Source of the DNA: Oscillospiraceae bacterium
GTDB lineage: Bacteria > Bacillota > Clostridia > WRLR01
Reading direction: 5' to 3'
Length of the DNA stretch: 64,000 nucleotides
Assembly (NCBI GenBank): GCA_009777515.1
Contig: WRLR01000006.1
Span: 1,719-65,718 of the forward strand
Below, one piece after another: positions 1 through 8,166 of the stretch (the stretch's first letter is position 1; the number at the start of each line of letters is the position of its first letter). The notes below the pieces were generated by a model. It saw nothing but the letters and a program-made list of their open reading frames with translations. It did no database searches and was not told the origin of the DNA. A program made the translations under genes and the position numbers.

Positions 1-2
1 AG

Positions 3-104
3 AACGCTGCGTATTTGGCAGTGAAAAATATGTACAGAAACGAAGAGATTGTTTTAGCCGATTCGGATTACATTGATACAGAAATTGAGATATTTAAGGA
101 GTAG
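3..104 (+). CDS. 3' end of an upstream gene entering the window (partial, unknown product)
   Basis: Frame 3 is open from the window edge (..NAAYLAVKNMYRNEEIVLADSDYIDTEIEIFKE) and stops at TAG 102-104, next to the AAGGAG Shine-Dalgarno of the following gene. No family recognised. Confidence 0.25.
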   Translation, partial: NAAYLAVKNMYRNEEIVLADSDYIDTEIEIFKE

Positions 105-108
105 CAAT

Positions 109-534
109 ATGGGGAAAATGACACTAAGCGATATCTTTAGGATGATTGGCAAGGATTGCTACTTCTACTACCGTCCCAAAACACACGAGGTCAACACTAT
201 CCATTATTATTATGAGCAGGAATATCGTAATAACGAAAATTTCTTCAACGAAGAAATCGGTAGCGGCATTTCGGGCGAGCTAATACCGCTGCCAATATAC
301 AAAGATATTGACCACAAGAATATTATGTCCTTTTACGTAAGAGAATGCGTAGAGGACAAAGAAACGCGTCGAAGATTATTTAATATCTTACGAAATCATG
401 ATTTCATGGACAAGTTTCTTGCTGCCGTCAAAGAACTAGAGCTGTACGAAGAGTATATAATGGTGACAGATGATATCTACATTCAACTCGCTGATGAGTG
501 GGCTGAAAAAAACGGTGTTTTACCGGTTAAGTAG
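109..534 (+). CDS. UPF0158-like small cytoplasmic protein
   Basis: ATG at 109 lies 7 nt after AAGGAG; the listed ORF start at 73 has no SD. The C-terminal half (RRRLFNILRNHDFMDKFLAAVKELELYEEY...ADEWAEKNGV) resembles the UPF0158 pattern. Confidence 0.45.
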   Translation: MGKMTLSDIFRMIGKDCYFYYRPKTHEVNTIHYYYEQEYRNNENFFNEEIGSGISGELIPLPIYKDIDHKNIMSFYVRECVEDKETRRRLFNILRNHDFMDKFLAAVKELELYEEYIMVTDDIYIQLADEWAEKNGVLPVK

Positions 535-665
535 GGATGTCATTAGAACATACTAAACACGAACTCTTCCGGCAACAATTTGGCAAAAAAATCAGATAGC
601 CCATCGGATATGGATAATACAGGCGCTATGTAATAGCTTCTTTTCAGACTTCTGGATGGATTGGA

Positions 666-2432
666 ATGCAAAATTTGAATGGGGGCAGCGGGATGGATTG
701 GCAGCGTTTATTTAGTGAACATATACTAAGTCGGGGATACGACTATTTTTGCGACGGCGCAGTCGGCGAGCTGAAAAAAACTAACGGTGTGTTGACTGCT
801 ACCGTCGAAGGATCGTTTGATTATTCTGTTGCGATCTCTTTCGAAGGAGAGCATATTACCGACATGGATTGCTCCTGCCCATATGCCGAAGATGGCAGTT
901 ATTGCAAACATATGGCTGCTGTGCTATTCAAATATAATAAGAATGGCATTGAAATTAATGCGAATGAAGGTGATGATACCGATAACGCCAATGTGTCAGC
1001 CGATGAATTTGCAATTTTGAAGGAAGTTGTCAACATCCTCGATATGGAAACTCTTCAAAAAGAGCTTCTATCGATGCTGGAAAATGACCAAAATCTCAGT
1101 ACCGCGTTTATGCTAAGGCATAATAAAAATGATGAGAGCATAAGCCAATACATTAATAACAAACGCAAAAACGCAGATAGTATCTAGCGGCAATGCGAAG
1201 ATCGACATGGTTTTGTGGATTGGAGAAATGCAGATACATTCGCGTCTCGTCTGATTAACGAAGTATTATATGAACTCAGGGATTTTACATCAGATTACGA
1301 AGAGGCAAAAGCAGCATTTGATGTGAGCCTGTATGTATTTCGTTTATTCGCTGAAACAGACATTGATGACAGTGGTGGGGAGACGCAGTATTTTACCGAG
1401 GAATGTATTGAGTTATGGGATATAATTGCCGCAAATACTGAAAGACGCGAATTGCTTGAGCACATCTTCCATGAATTGACACAGACATGCGAAAAGATTG
1501 GTTTTGGCGAATATATGTCAGATGAAATTGATGATTTCATTTCAACGCATTTTAACGAAGATGGTTTTGCATTAAGTAAACTTGAATCCGCTGACAAAAG
1601 AATTAGGCGTTTCGCAAATGACACAAGCAGGCATGGCGAATCCGAGCTATCGAAAAGTATAAATGAGCGGATAAAACTGATGGAAGAGTTAGGGCATAGC
1701 GCAGACGATGTGGATAAATTCCGCAGGCAGTACTGGCATCTGCCTACTATTCGTGAAATAGCTATGTCAGAGCTTGAAGACAAAGGGAATCTTGGCGACC
1801 TAATATCACTGTTGGAGAAAAGCAAGGAAATAGATAGCAAACATCCCGGCCTAGTAAAAAAATACTCCAGGAAGCTTATTGATTGCTATTTTAGTTACGG
1901 ATATCCCGGTAAGGCAAGAGAGGAACTATTTACATATATTACGCAGTACAGCGTGGGCAACATCGATGCCTTTTGTGAACTGAAGCAGAACACCGCATAT
2001 GATTTATGGCCTCAAAAACGCAAGGAGTTATTCGAGGCTTTATCTGCTAAGAATGTTGACATAAAGCATCTGCTGGCTGCGGAAGGCTTAAAAGAGGAAC
2101 TGTTCGATTTATTGTCGGCAAAAATTCGCGATGGGCACGGTATAGCAAAAAACGACCTATACGAGATCATAAAGTATGAAAATGCTTTAAAGCCGGAGTA
2201 TGAAAAGGAACTTTTGGACTTATACGAAAGTCTTTTATGGAAAATGTCTGAGTATACGGGCGGACGCTCGTATTACCAAGAGATTGCAAGTTTTGTTAGG
2301 AAGATGCTTTCATTTGCTGACGGTAGAATCAGGGCTGAAAAGCTTCTTGAGAGCTGGCGTTTAACATATTCGAATCGTCCGGCTATGCAAGATGAGTTGC
2401 GGTCATTGTATCGTGACTTAATAATTGAGTAA
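666..2432 (+). pseudogene. SWIM zinc-finger domain protein, one reading frame interrupted by a single in-frame TAG (1185-1187)
   Basis: ORFs 666-1187 and 1215-2432 are in the same frame. The only interruption is TAG at 1185-1187, and read-through gives ..NADSI*RQCEDRHGFVDWRNADTF... A SWIM CxC..CxH signature is present (CSCPYAEDGSYCKHMAAVLF). The likely true start is ATG 693 (MDWQRLFSEHIL), preceded by a GGGGG tract. Confidence 0.6.
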
Positions 2433-2543
2433 TATGTTTACAGAAGGATGGTCGTATGGGGGCAGGGTGATTGTTAGATTAACCATTTATGCGGCACTAT
2501 AATTATTATGTGCGATCTACAAAATTAAAGGAAGGTATTTAAA

Positions 2544-3623
2544 ATGGGGCGATTAAAGTTCATCCATGTCGGCACTGGTAATTTCGGTATGTACTGGGGC
2601 AAGACCGTCATCCCACTAATTTCTTCGTTCGCCGAATGCGTCGCGGCAGTGGACATAGATCCGGAGGCCCTGGACAATTTCAAGGCATTAAAGCGCCTCC
2701 CGGAAAACAAGCATTACGCTGATCTAAGAGTTGCGCTGACCGAAAACAAATGCGATTTTATTAGCGTGGTCGTCATGCCGGGCGCACGCCTGCCGATAAT
2801 CGACCTGGCTATCGAGTTCGGCGTCGACGTCCTGTGCGAAAAACCGGCGGCCGGCACTATGGACGATTATGTAACGATTTACAAGAAGATGAAAGCGGCT
2901 GGGCGTAAAATCGCAGTCACGATGTCGCATCGCTATGAAAGGGAAAAGCAGACTGTCGAACAGATGATCAAGTCTGGAGCGTACGGCAAGCTGAACTATA
3001 TTTATGGCCGCTTTGCCTCGCAGCGCCCCAAGGCACGGAACAAGCGCTACGAGGGCGCCGATCCCGCCATGCTGACGCCGTACAATTTGGCCAGGCGCGG
3101 CCTTTCCGAAGGCGTGATCCATGAATTCGACACGTTCCGGGGCATGACCGGCCAAAACGCCGCAAAAGTGTATTGCCAATACTGGCAGTTTGACCCCGAG
3201 GACGGTTCCGACACCCAGCCTGCGGCTTCGCTCACAAGCATAACAATGGAGAACGGCGTACGCTGTTTAATCGAGCATTCCGGCGCGAACGCCGTTACCA
3301 TCAACGGTTGGTCGAACGAACACTTCCGCGCCGAGTGTGCAAACGCCACAATCATAGCCGACAACAAAAAGGTCACCATCATGAGCGGCATGGGCCAGCC
3401 CTATCCAGAAACGGCGGAGATGCCGTTGCAAAACGGCGAGTACTTCGACCATGGCCAACTGGCCAGGGATTTTTGCGACTGGCTAAACGGCGGGCCGGAG
3501 CCGCAAACATCCCTGGAGGACAACATGCAGTGCGCGGCCCTGACGTTCGCGGCGCTGGAGAGCGCTTTTACCGGGAAGGAAATCGATGTGCAGGCGTTTT
3601 TAAAAGAGCACATGGAAAAATAA
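2544..3623 (+). CDS. Gfo/Idh/MocA family oxidoreductase
   Basis: N-terminal Rossmann motif (KFIHVGTGNFG), EKP motif (VLCEKPAAG), about 360 aa, SD AAGGAAGG upstream. Confidence 0.8.
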   Translation: MGRLKFIHVGTGNFGMYWGKTVIPLISSFAECVAAVDIDPEALDNFKALKRLPENKHYADLRVALTENKCDFISVVVMPGARLPIIDLAIEFGVDVLCEKPAAGTMDDYVTIYKKMKAAGRKIAVTMSHRYEREKQTVEQMIKSGAYGKLNYIYGRFASQRPKARNKRYEGADPAMLTPYNLARRGLSEGVIHEFDTFRGMTGQNAAKVYCQYWQFDPEDGSDTQPAASLTSITMENGVRCLIEHSGANAVTINGWSNEHFRAECANATIIADNKKVTIMSGMGQPYPETAEMPLQNGEYFDHGQLARDFCDWLNGGPEPQTSLEDNMQCAALTFAALESAFTGKEIDVQAFLKEHMEK

Positions 3624-3715
3624 AAAAATAGTAAAATAAAAATAAATGTTGTATTGAAATCCAGCAATGCCTTTAAGAGATAATTTTAAATATTATAGTC
3701 AATTGAAAAGGTCAC

Positions 3716-3738
3716 GGGCGAACACTGTTCGCCCCTAC
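3716..3738. repeat. REP-like palindrome with CTAC tail (GGGCGAACA/CTGTTCGCCC-CTAC)
   Basis: A perfect 9+9 bp inverted repeat followed directly by CTAC. The same architecture recurs at 6254-6279, 9783-9805 and 57094-57116. Confidence 0.6.
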
Positions 3739-3842
3739 ATATTGTCGTATACATTTACATAATAGTGTTCACGACGGTGCCATCACCAGCATGGCACGAA
3801 AGTATGGAGTCGTGGACACTATCGCGGCGCAACGCGCCGTGC

Positions 3843-3884
3843 GGGCGTATCACGCCCGTAAGGTGAGGGGAACCGCGCTTCCCC
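3843..3884. repeat. Two further short GC-rich hairpins (GGGCGT-ATC-ACGCCC; GGGGAA-CCGCGC-TTCCCC)
   Basis: Inverted repeats read directly from the sequence in the 467-bp non-coding gap between the oxidoreductase and the DeoR gene. Confidence 0.45.
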
Positions 3885-4090
3885 GAACCGACGACTTTCA
3901 TAATAGTTTTATAACGTATGCAACGGTCGCCGGACGTCTAGAAGACGACATTCACACTTGCATTGAGGCGGTGTTTTCGCTGGCGATTAATCTTGCCTTT
4001 ACAAAAGAAAACACTGGCATATAATAATATTATTGTTATTTTACAGCATATATCGCAGCAAACATCATTAATCGACAATGAAAGGGCCTC

Positions 4091-4882
4091 ATGAGCGATA
4101 ATGACAACTCCCAACTGTTCGCCGAAGAGCGGCGGGAACGGATTTTACTGCTTCTGAAAGAAAATTCCAAACTGCTGGTGCCCGAGTTGTGCGCGTATTT
4201 CAAGGTATCACCAGCGACAATTCGGAACGACCTGCGCGATTTGGAAACCGCAGGGAAATTAAAGCGCACCCACGGCGGCGCCATACCCGTGGGAAAATCG
4301 AGCTTTGAGTTGAATTCCAGCCAAAAGGAAGTTTCCAGCCAAAATGAAAAAAGGCGGATCGCTTCGAAAGCGGCTACATTCATAGAAGACGGGGACACGA
4401 TCGCACTCGACACAGGCACGACGACACTGGAGCTGGCCAAGCAGATCACGAACAGGCAGGACCTGTCGGTGGTGACCAATGATCTTGTGATAGCGTCGTA
4501 TTTGGAAAATAACTCAAACACCAATGTGATACTGTTGGGGGGCATGCTCCGCAAGGGTTTCCACTGCACTGTCGGCCCGGCGGTTCAGTCCCAGCTATCG
4601 GAGTACAGCGTAGACAAAGTGTTCATGGCAGCAAACGCCATTTCCCTTGAAAAGGGCTTCACGACGCCCGGGATCGACATGGCGGAAGTGAAAAAATCTA
4701 TGATGTCCATAGCCTCCCAAGTGTTTTTTCTGATAGATTCAAGCAAATTCGGCCGGATAACGTTCATCCGCTTCGCGGGCCTGGGGGACACGGACAAGAT
4801 AATAACGGACGAGGGCATAGGAAAAGCCACATTGGCGCAAATGTACGCGGACTACGACGATCTTGAGATACTGGTCGTATGA
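4091..4882 (+). CDS. DeoR/GlpR family transcriptional regulator
   Basis: N-terminal HTH (RRERILLLLKENSKLLVPELCAYFKVSPATIRNDLRDLETAGKLKRTHGGA) plus a C-terminal DeoR sugar-binding-type domain, 263 aa. Confidence 0.85.
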   Translation: MSDNDNSQLFAEERRERILLLLKENSKLLVPELCAYFKVSPATIRNDLRDLETAGKLKRTHGGAIPVGKSSFELNSSQKEVSSQNEKRRIASKAATFIEDGDTIALDTGTTTLELAKQITNRQDLSVVTNDLVIASYLENNSNTNVILLGGMLRKGFHCTVGPAVQSQLSEYSVDKVFMAANAISLEKGFTTPGIDMAEVKKSMMSIASQVFFLIDSSKFGRITFIRFAGLGDTDKIITDEGIGKATLAQMYADYDDLEILVV

Positions 4883-5107
4883 GCTGCGGTGCAAAGGGCG
4901 CATAGTGCAAAATGTGCGTGGTGTAAAGGGCGCGTTGTGCAAAGGGCGCGAGGCGCGAGGCGCGAATGGTACGTGGCGCGTAGGACGCGTGCGTGAAGGG
5001 CGAGTGACGCCTTATGGGCGCTTGGCGCGAAGGGTGAGTAACGCTCTATGTGCGCATGGCGCCCGGTGGACGCGCAATATAAATTATGATTGGATAGGAG
5101 GGCTTTA

Positions 5108-6103
5108 ATGATGTATACGGCACAGGATGACAGGTATGGCAAGATGGTTTACAACCGCTGCGGGGCGAGCGGCTTGAAGTTGCCGGCGGTGTCATTGGGT
5201 ATGTGGCACAACTTTGGCACAAACGATGATTTCGATAATATGAAACAGATCTGTTTTACGGCGTTCGACAATGGCATCAGCAATTTTGACCTGGCAAATA
5301 ACTACGGCCCCAAGCCGGGCAGCGCCGAAGAGAATTTCGGGCGCATCATCAACGGCGATCTGAAGCCGTACCGCGACGAGCTTGTCATCAGCACAAAAGC
5401 AGGGTACCTGATGTGGCCTGGTCCCTATGGCGATTTCGGCAGCAGAAAGTATTTACTGGCCAGCCTCGATCAGAGCCTGAAACGCCTCGGGCTTGAATAT
5501 GTCGATATTTTTTACCATCACCGGATGGACCCGGGGACCCCGCTGGAGGAAAGCATGTCGGCGCTGGACGCGGCGGTCAAAAGCGGCAAGGCGCTGTACG
5601 CGGGCATATCCAACTATGACGGCTCGCATACGGCGGAGGCTATGGCGATACTTAAACGCCTTAACTGCCCTTTTATCATTAACCAGAGCATCTACTCGAT
5701 TTTCAACCGCCGCATTGAAGAAAACGGGTTGAAGGGCTACGCGTCCCAAAACGGCTGCGGTATAATAGCGTACAGCCCGCTGGCGCAGGGCATGCTTACA
5801 AGCAGGTACCTGGAAGGCGTGCCCGAGGACAGCCGTATCAAAAAGTCCGGCATGTTCTTGAAAGCCACGGATTTGACTGAAAAGCGGCTGTCGCAAATCC
5901 GTTCGCTCAACGCGCTTGCGGTCCGACGCGGGCAAACGCTGGCGCAGATGGCCCTCGCCTGGGTGCTCCGCGACGGGGACGTCACGAGCGTATTGATAGG
6001 CGCGTCAAAGCCCAGCCAGGTCATCGAAAACATAGCCGCGCTGGACAACCCGGCGTTTACCGCCGAAGAGTTGGGCGAAATAGATAATATTTCGAAAATG
6101 TAG
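5108..6103 (+). CDS. Aldo/keto reductase (YghZ / L-glyceraldehyde-3-phosphate reductase-like)
   Basis: The N-terminus after ATG 5108 (MMYTAQDDRYGKMVYNRCGASGLKLPAVSLGMWHNFG) matches the YghZ-type N-terminus. AGGAGGG lies 5 nt upstream of 5108. The listed TTG at 5090 is less likely. Confidence 0.85.
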   Translation: MMYTAQDDRYGKMVYNRCGASGLKLPAVSLGMWHNFGTNDDFDNMKQICFTAFDNGISNFDLANNYGPKPGSAEENFGRIINGDLKPYRDELVISTKAGYLMWPGPYGDFGSRKYLLASLDQSLKRLGLEYVDIFYHHRMDPGTPLEESMSALDAAVKSGKALYAGISNYDGSHTAEAMAILKRLNCPFIINQSIYSIFNRRIEENGLKGYASQNGCGIIAYSPLAQGMLTSRYLEGVPEDSRIKKSGMFLKATDLTEKRLSQIRSLNALAVRRGQTLAQMALAWVLRDGDVTSVLIGASKPSQVIENIAALDNPAFTAEELGEIDNISKM

Positions 6104-6132
6104 TTGGATATATGGCATCGAGAAGCGGCTAT

Positions 6133-6215
6133 CTGTGCGCCTACAAGCTGAACGGCTCTCTGTGCGCCTACAGGCCGTACGGCCCTCTTCGCGCCTACAG
6201 GTCGAACGGCTCTCT
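6133..6215. repeat. 27-bp tandem repeat x3 (GTGCGCCTACARGNCGNACGGCYCTCT)
   Basis: GCGCCTACA recurs at 6137, 6164 and 6191, giving a 27-bp period. It lies between two convergent aldo/keto reductase genes. Confidence 0.6.
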
Positions 6216-6253
6216 GCGCGCTCTGTCGGCGCGCAGGTGGCCGCTTGACTTTC

Positions 6254-6279
6254 GGCGCGCAGAGGACTGCGCGCCCTAC
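6254..6279. repeat. REP-like palindrome with CTAC tail (GGCGCGCAG-AGGA-CTGCGCGCC-CTAC)
   Basis: A 9-bp perfect stem, 4-nt loop and CTAC flank, with the same layout as 3716-3738. Confidence 0.55.
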
Positions 6280-6376
6280 AACATGCATGATAAACAGAAG
6301 GCTGCGTATCATTAATAAGCTAAGAGATACAAACGTGGAGGACTGCCCGTCCAATTTTGGAGCGGAGGCCAACGTC

Positions 6377-7522
6377 CTATTTTGGTGCAGAGGCCAGCGT
6401 TGCGATTTTTTCCAGCAGTTCCGGTATATTTAAATCCTGGGTGCAGGCTTTTACGCATTCGCCGCACGCCACGCAGCCCTCGGCGCCGCTGTTGCCGTCG
6501 GACATCATGCGTTTGTGCCTCGCCTTTAGTGAGTTAAGATCGTTGAAACGTATATAATCGTTGTACATCCTGAAATTGTCCGGTATCTTGACGCCCGATG
6601 GGCACGGCATGCAGTAGCCGCAAGCCGTGCATCCGACCAGCGGGATGTCGTTTAATATACGGGCTGCTTCGTTAATGGCCGCGCGTTCCGCATCGGTAAA
6701 AGGTTTTACAGGCGAAAATGTTACCAAGTTTTCCTCCACTTGGCGCATGGCGCTCATGCCGGACAGCACAATAGTGGCATCGGTCTCGTTGGCAGCCCAC
6801 CGAAGCGCCCAGGATGCGTTTGTTTCGTCCGGATTGCATTTGCGCAGCACGGCCTCCGCCGCAGGCGCCAGCGAAACCAGTTGCCCTCCCCTCAAAGGCT
6901 CCATGAATACCATGGGGACGCCGCGCTCCTTGAACGTATCGTGCGCGAGCTTCGCGTTCTGGTGCTCCCAGTCGAAATAATTTATTTGATACTGCGCCAA
7001 ATCCCAGTCGTATAAATCGAGGGTCTTGTACACGTCCTCGGCCTTTTCATGCGACGAAAACCCGATATGGCGCAAGCGGCCCTGCCGCTGCCTCTCGGCG
7101 ACCATCCCCAAAAGGTCGAACTTGTCCACCATCTCGCGCTGGTTGTCGCCGCTCAGGTTGTGGATGAAGTAAAAATCAAAATAGTCGACGCCCAGGCGCT
7201 CCATCTGTTCTTCGAACATTTGTTCGGCATATTCCCTGGTGGGGTTCCTGTTCAGGGCCAGCAGTGATAGTTTTGTCGTAAGCACATAGCTGTCGCGGGG
7301 ATATTTTTTCAGCGCCTTGCCGATGAACACTTCAGACATGCCGCCGTGATAGTTATAGCCCGTGTCAAAATAATTGAGCCCCGCTTCCATGGCGGCGTCG
7401 ACCATTTTATAGCCGAGCTCGTAATCAATCCCGCCCCCGCCGTCCAACTGCGGCAGCCGCATGGCGCCAAAGCCCAGCCGCGACGCCGTTATCCCGGTCC
7501 TGCCAATTTTCACTTTGTCCAT
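6377..7522 (-). CDS. Aldo/keto reductase with C-terminal 4Fe-4S cluster domain
   Basis: N-terminal AKR fold (KIGRTGITASRLGFGAMRL...NYFDTGYNYHGG) and a C-terminal Cys cluster region (CTACGYCMPCP...CVACGECVKAC). Confidence 0.8.
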   Translation of the reverse strand: MDKVKIGRTGITASRLGFGAMRLPQLDGGGGIDYELGYKMVDAAMEAGLNYFDTGYNYHGGMSEVFIGKALKKYPRDSYVLTTKLSLLALNRNPTREYAEQMFEEQMERLGVDYFDFYFIHNLSGDNQREMVDKFDLLGMVAERQRQGRLRHIGFSSHEKAEDVYKTLDLYDWDLAQYQINYFDWEHQNAKLAHDTFKERGVPMVFMEPLRGGQLVSLAPAAEAVLRKCNPDETNASWALRWAANETDATIVLSGMSAMRQVEENLVTFSPVKPFTDAERAAINEAARILNDIPLVGCTACGYCMPCPSGVKIPDNFRMYNDYIRFNDLNSLKARHKRMMSDGNSGAEGCVACGECVKACTQDLNIPELLEKIATLASAPK

Positions 7523-7702
7523 ATTATTCGCCTTTCACAGACTGTATGCAAAATTCCATATATATGCCAATGGTTAATGCGACATGTTACTTACATTCGG
7601 ACACATTATTAATATCGCCTTGCATCACAGTTCTGCCCTTTCTATAGTTTTATTATATACTCCATAAAATATCATAAAAATTAAAAATATACGAGGACGC
7701 GG

Positions 7703-7915
7703 TCAGCGCTCGCATTCGCCGGGAGCTTCCGGATCGCCCGGGTTCGACAGAATCTGCACTGCGGTCGTGGGCCCAAAATACTTCCAGTCCCTGATCGACC
7801 ATACGACTTCCTTGTCCGGGGTAACTTCCACCAACTGCGGCCCGGCGCCGAGCCCGTGCCGTGGCTTGAAAGGGACGAGGCCGTGCGGGCGAATTGCGCT
7901 ACTAACAACGCGCGT
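7703..7915 (-). pseudogene. Orphan coding remnant (C-terminal ~70 codons of an unidentified gene, no start codon)
   Basis: This minus frame, absent from the ORF track, reads ..IRPHGLVPFKPRHGLGAGPQLVEVTPDKEVVWSIRDWKYFGPTTAVQILSNPGDPEAPGECER and stops at TGA (7705-7703). It has no ATG/GTG/TTG after the upstream TAA. The composition looks protein-like, unlike the listed 7681-7908 ORF. Confidence 0.3.
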
Positions 7916-7969
7916 AATTTTTAACGCACCACAGCATTAAAAAATAAAACGTTTAGCGCATAAAATTAT

Positions 7970-8028
7970 CCCCGCATCCACCACATGCTTTAGTTGTATA
8001 ATGTAGTGGATGCGGGGTATTTATTTTT
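7970..8028 (+). terminator. Strong hairpin plus T-rich tail (CCCCGCATCCAC..GTGGATGCGGGG TATTTATTTTT)
   Basis: A 12-bp perfect stem (7970-7981 / 8006-8017) followed by a T-rich run. No intact plus-strand gene lies upstream. Confidence 0.45.
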
Positions 8029-8166
8029 AGAGTGATATAAGGAAATAACTGTAATATACACAATGTTATATTCCCATATATTGGAAATGCAAACATACTA
8101 AACTTGTGATATAACATATCAGGCGTACATTTTTAAATGATACTGATATGGGGGATGGTAAATAGA

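Noticed and set aside
1185-1187. The TAG in the SWIM gene as a pyrrolysine or otherwise reassigned codon.
   Set aside because: TAG terminates several well-conserved genes in this window at the expected positions (argH, purL, the CofE-like gene), and no pyl genes are seen. A nonsense mutation or sequencing error is more parsimonious, though read-through cannot be excluded.
3791-4024. A 77-aa ORF in the 467-bp gap before the DeoR gene.
   Set aside because: It has no SD and runs across the REP-like hairpins, and its translation has no recognisable features. The region is more likely non-coding.
7681-7908. Listed 75-aa minus-strand ORF, and the possibility of a riboswitch or structured ncRNA (tmRNA-, SRP- or cobalamin-like fragments such as GGGTTCGACAG and CCGGAAGC) in the long gap upstream of the Fe-S reductase.
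   Set aside because: The ORF translation is Arg/Ser/Gly junk. I could not align any ncRNA consensus (tmRNA tag/acceptor end, SRP GGAAGCAGC loop, B12 box) beyond a few nucleotides. A different frame reads as a protein remnant and is reported as a low-confidence pseudogene instead.
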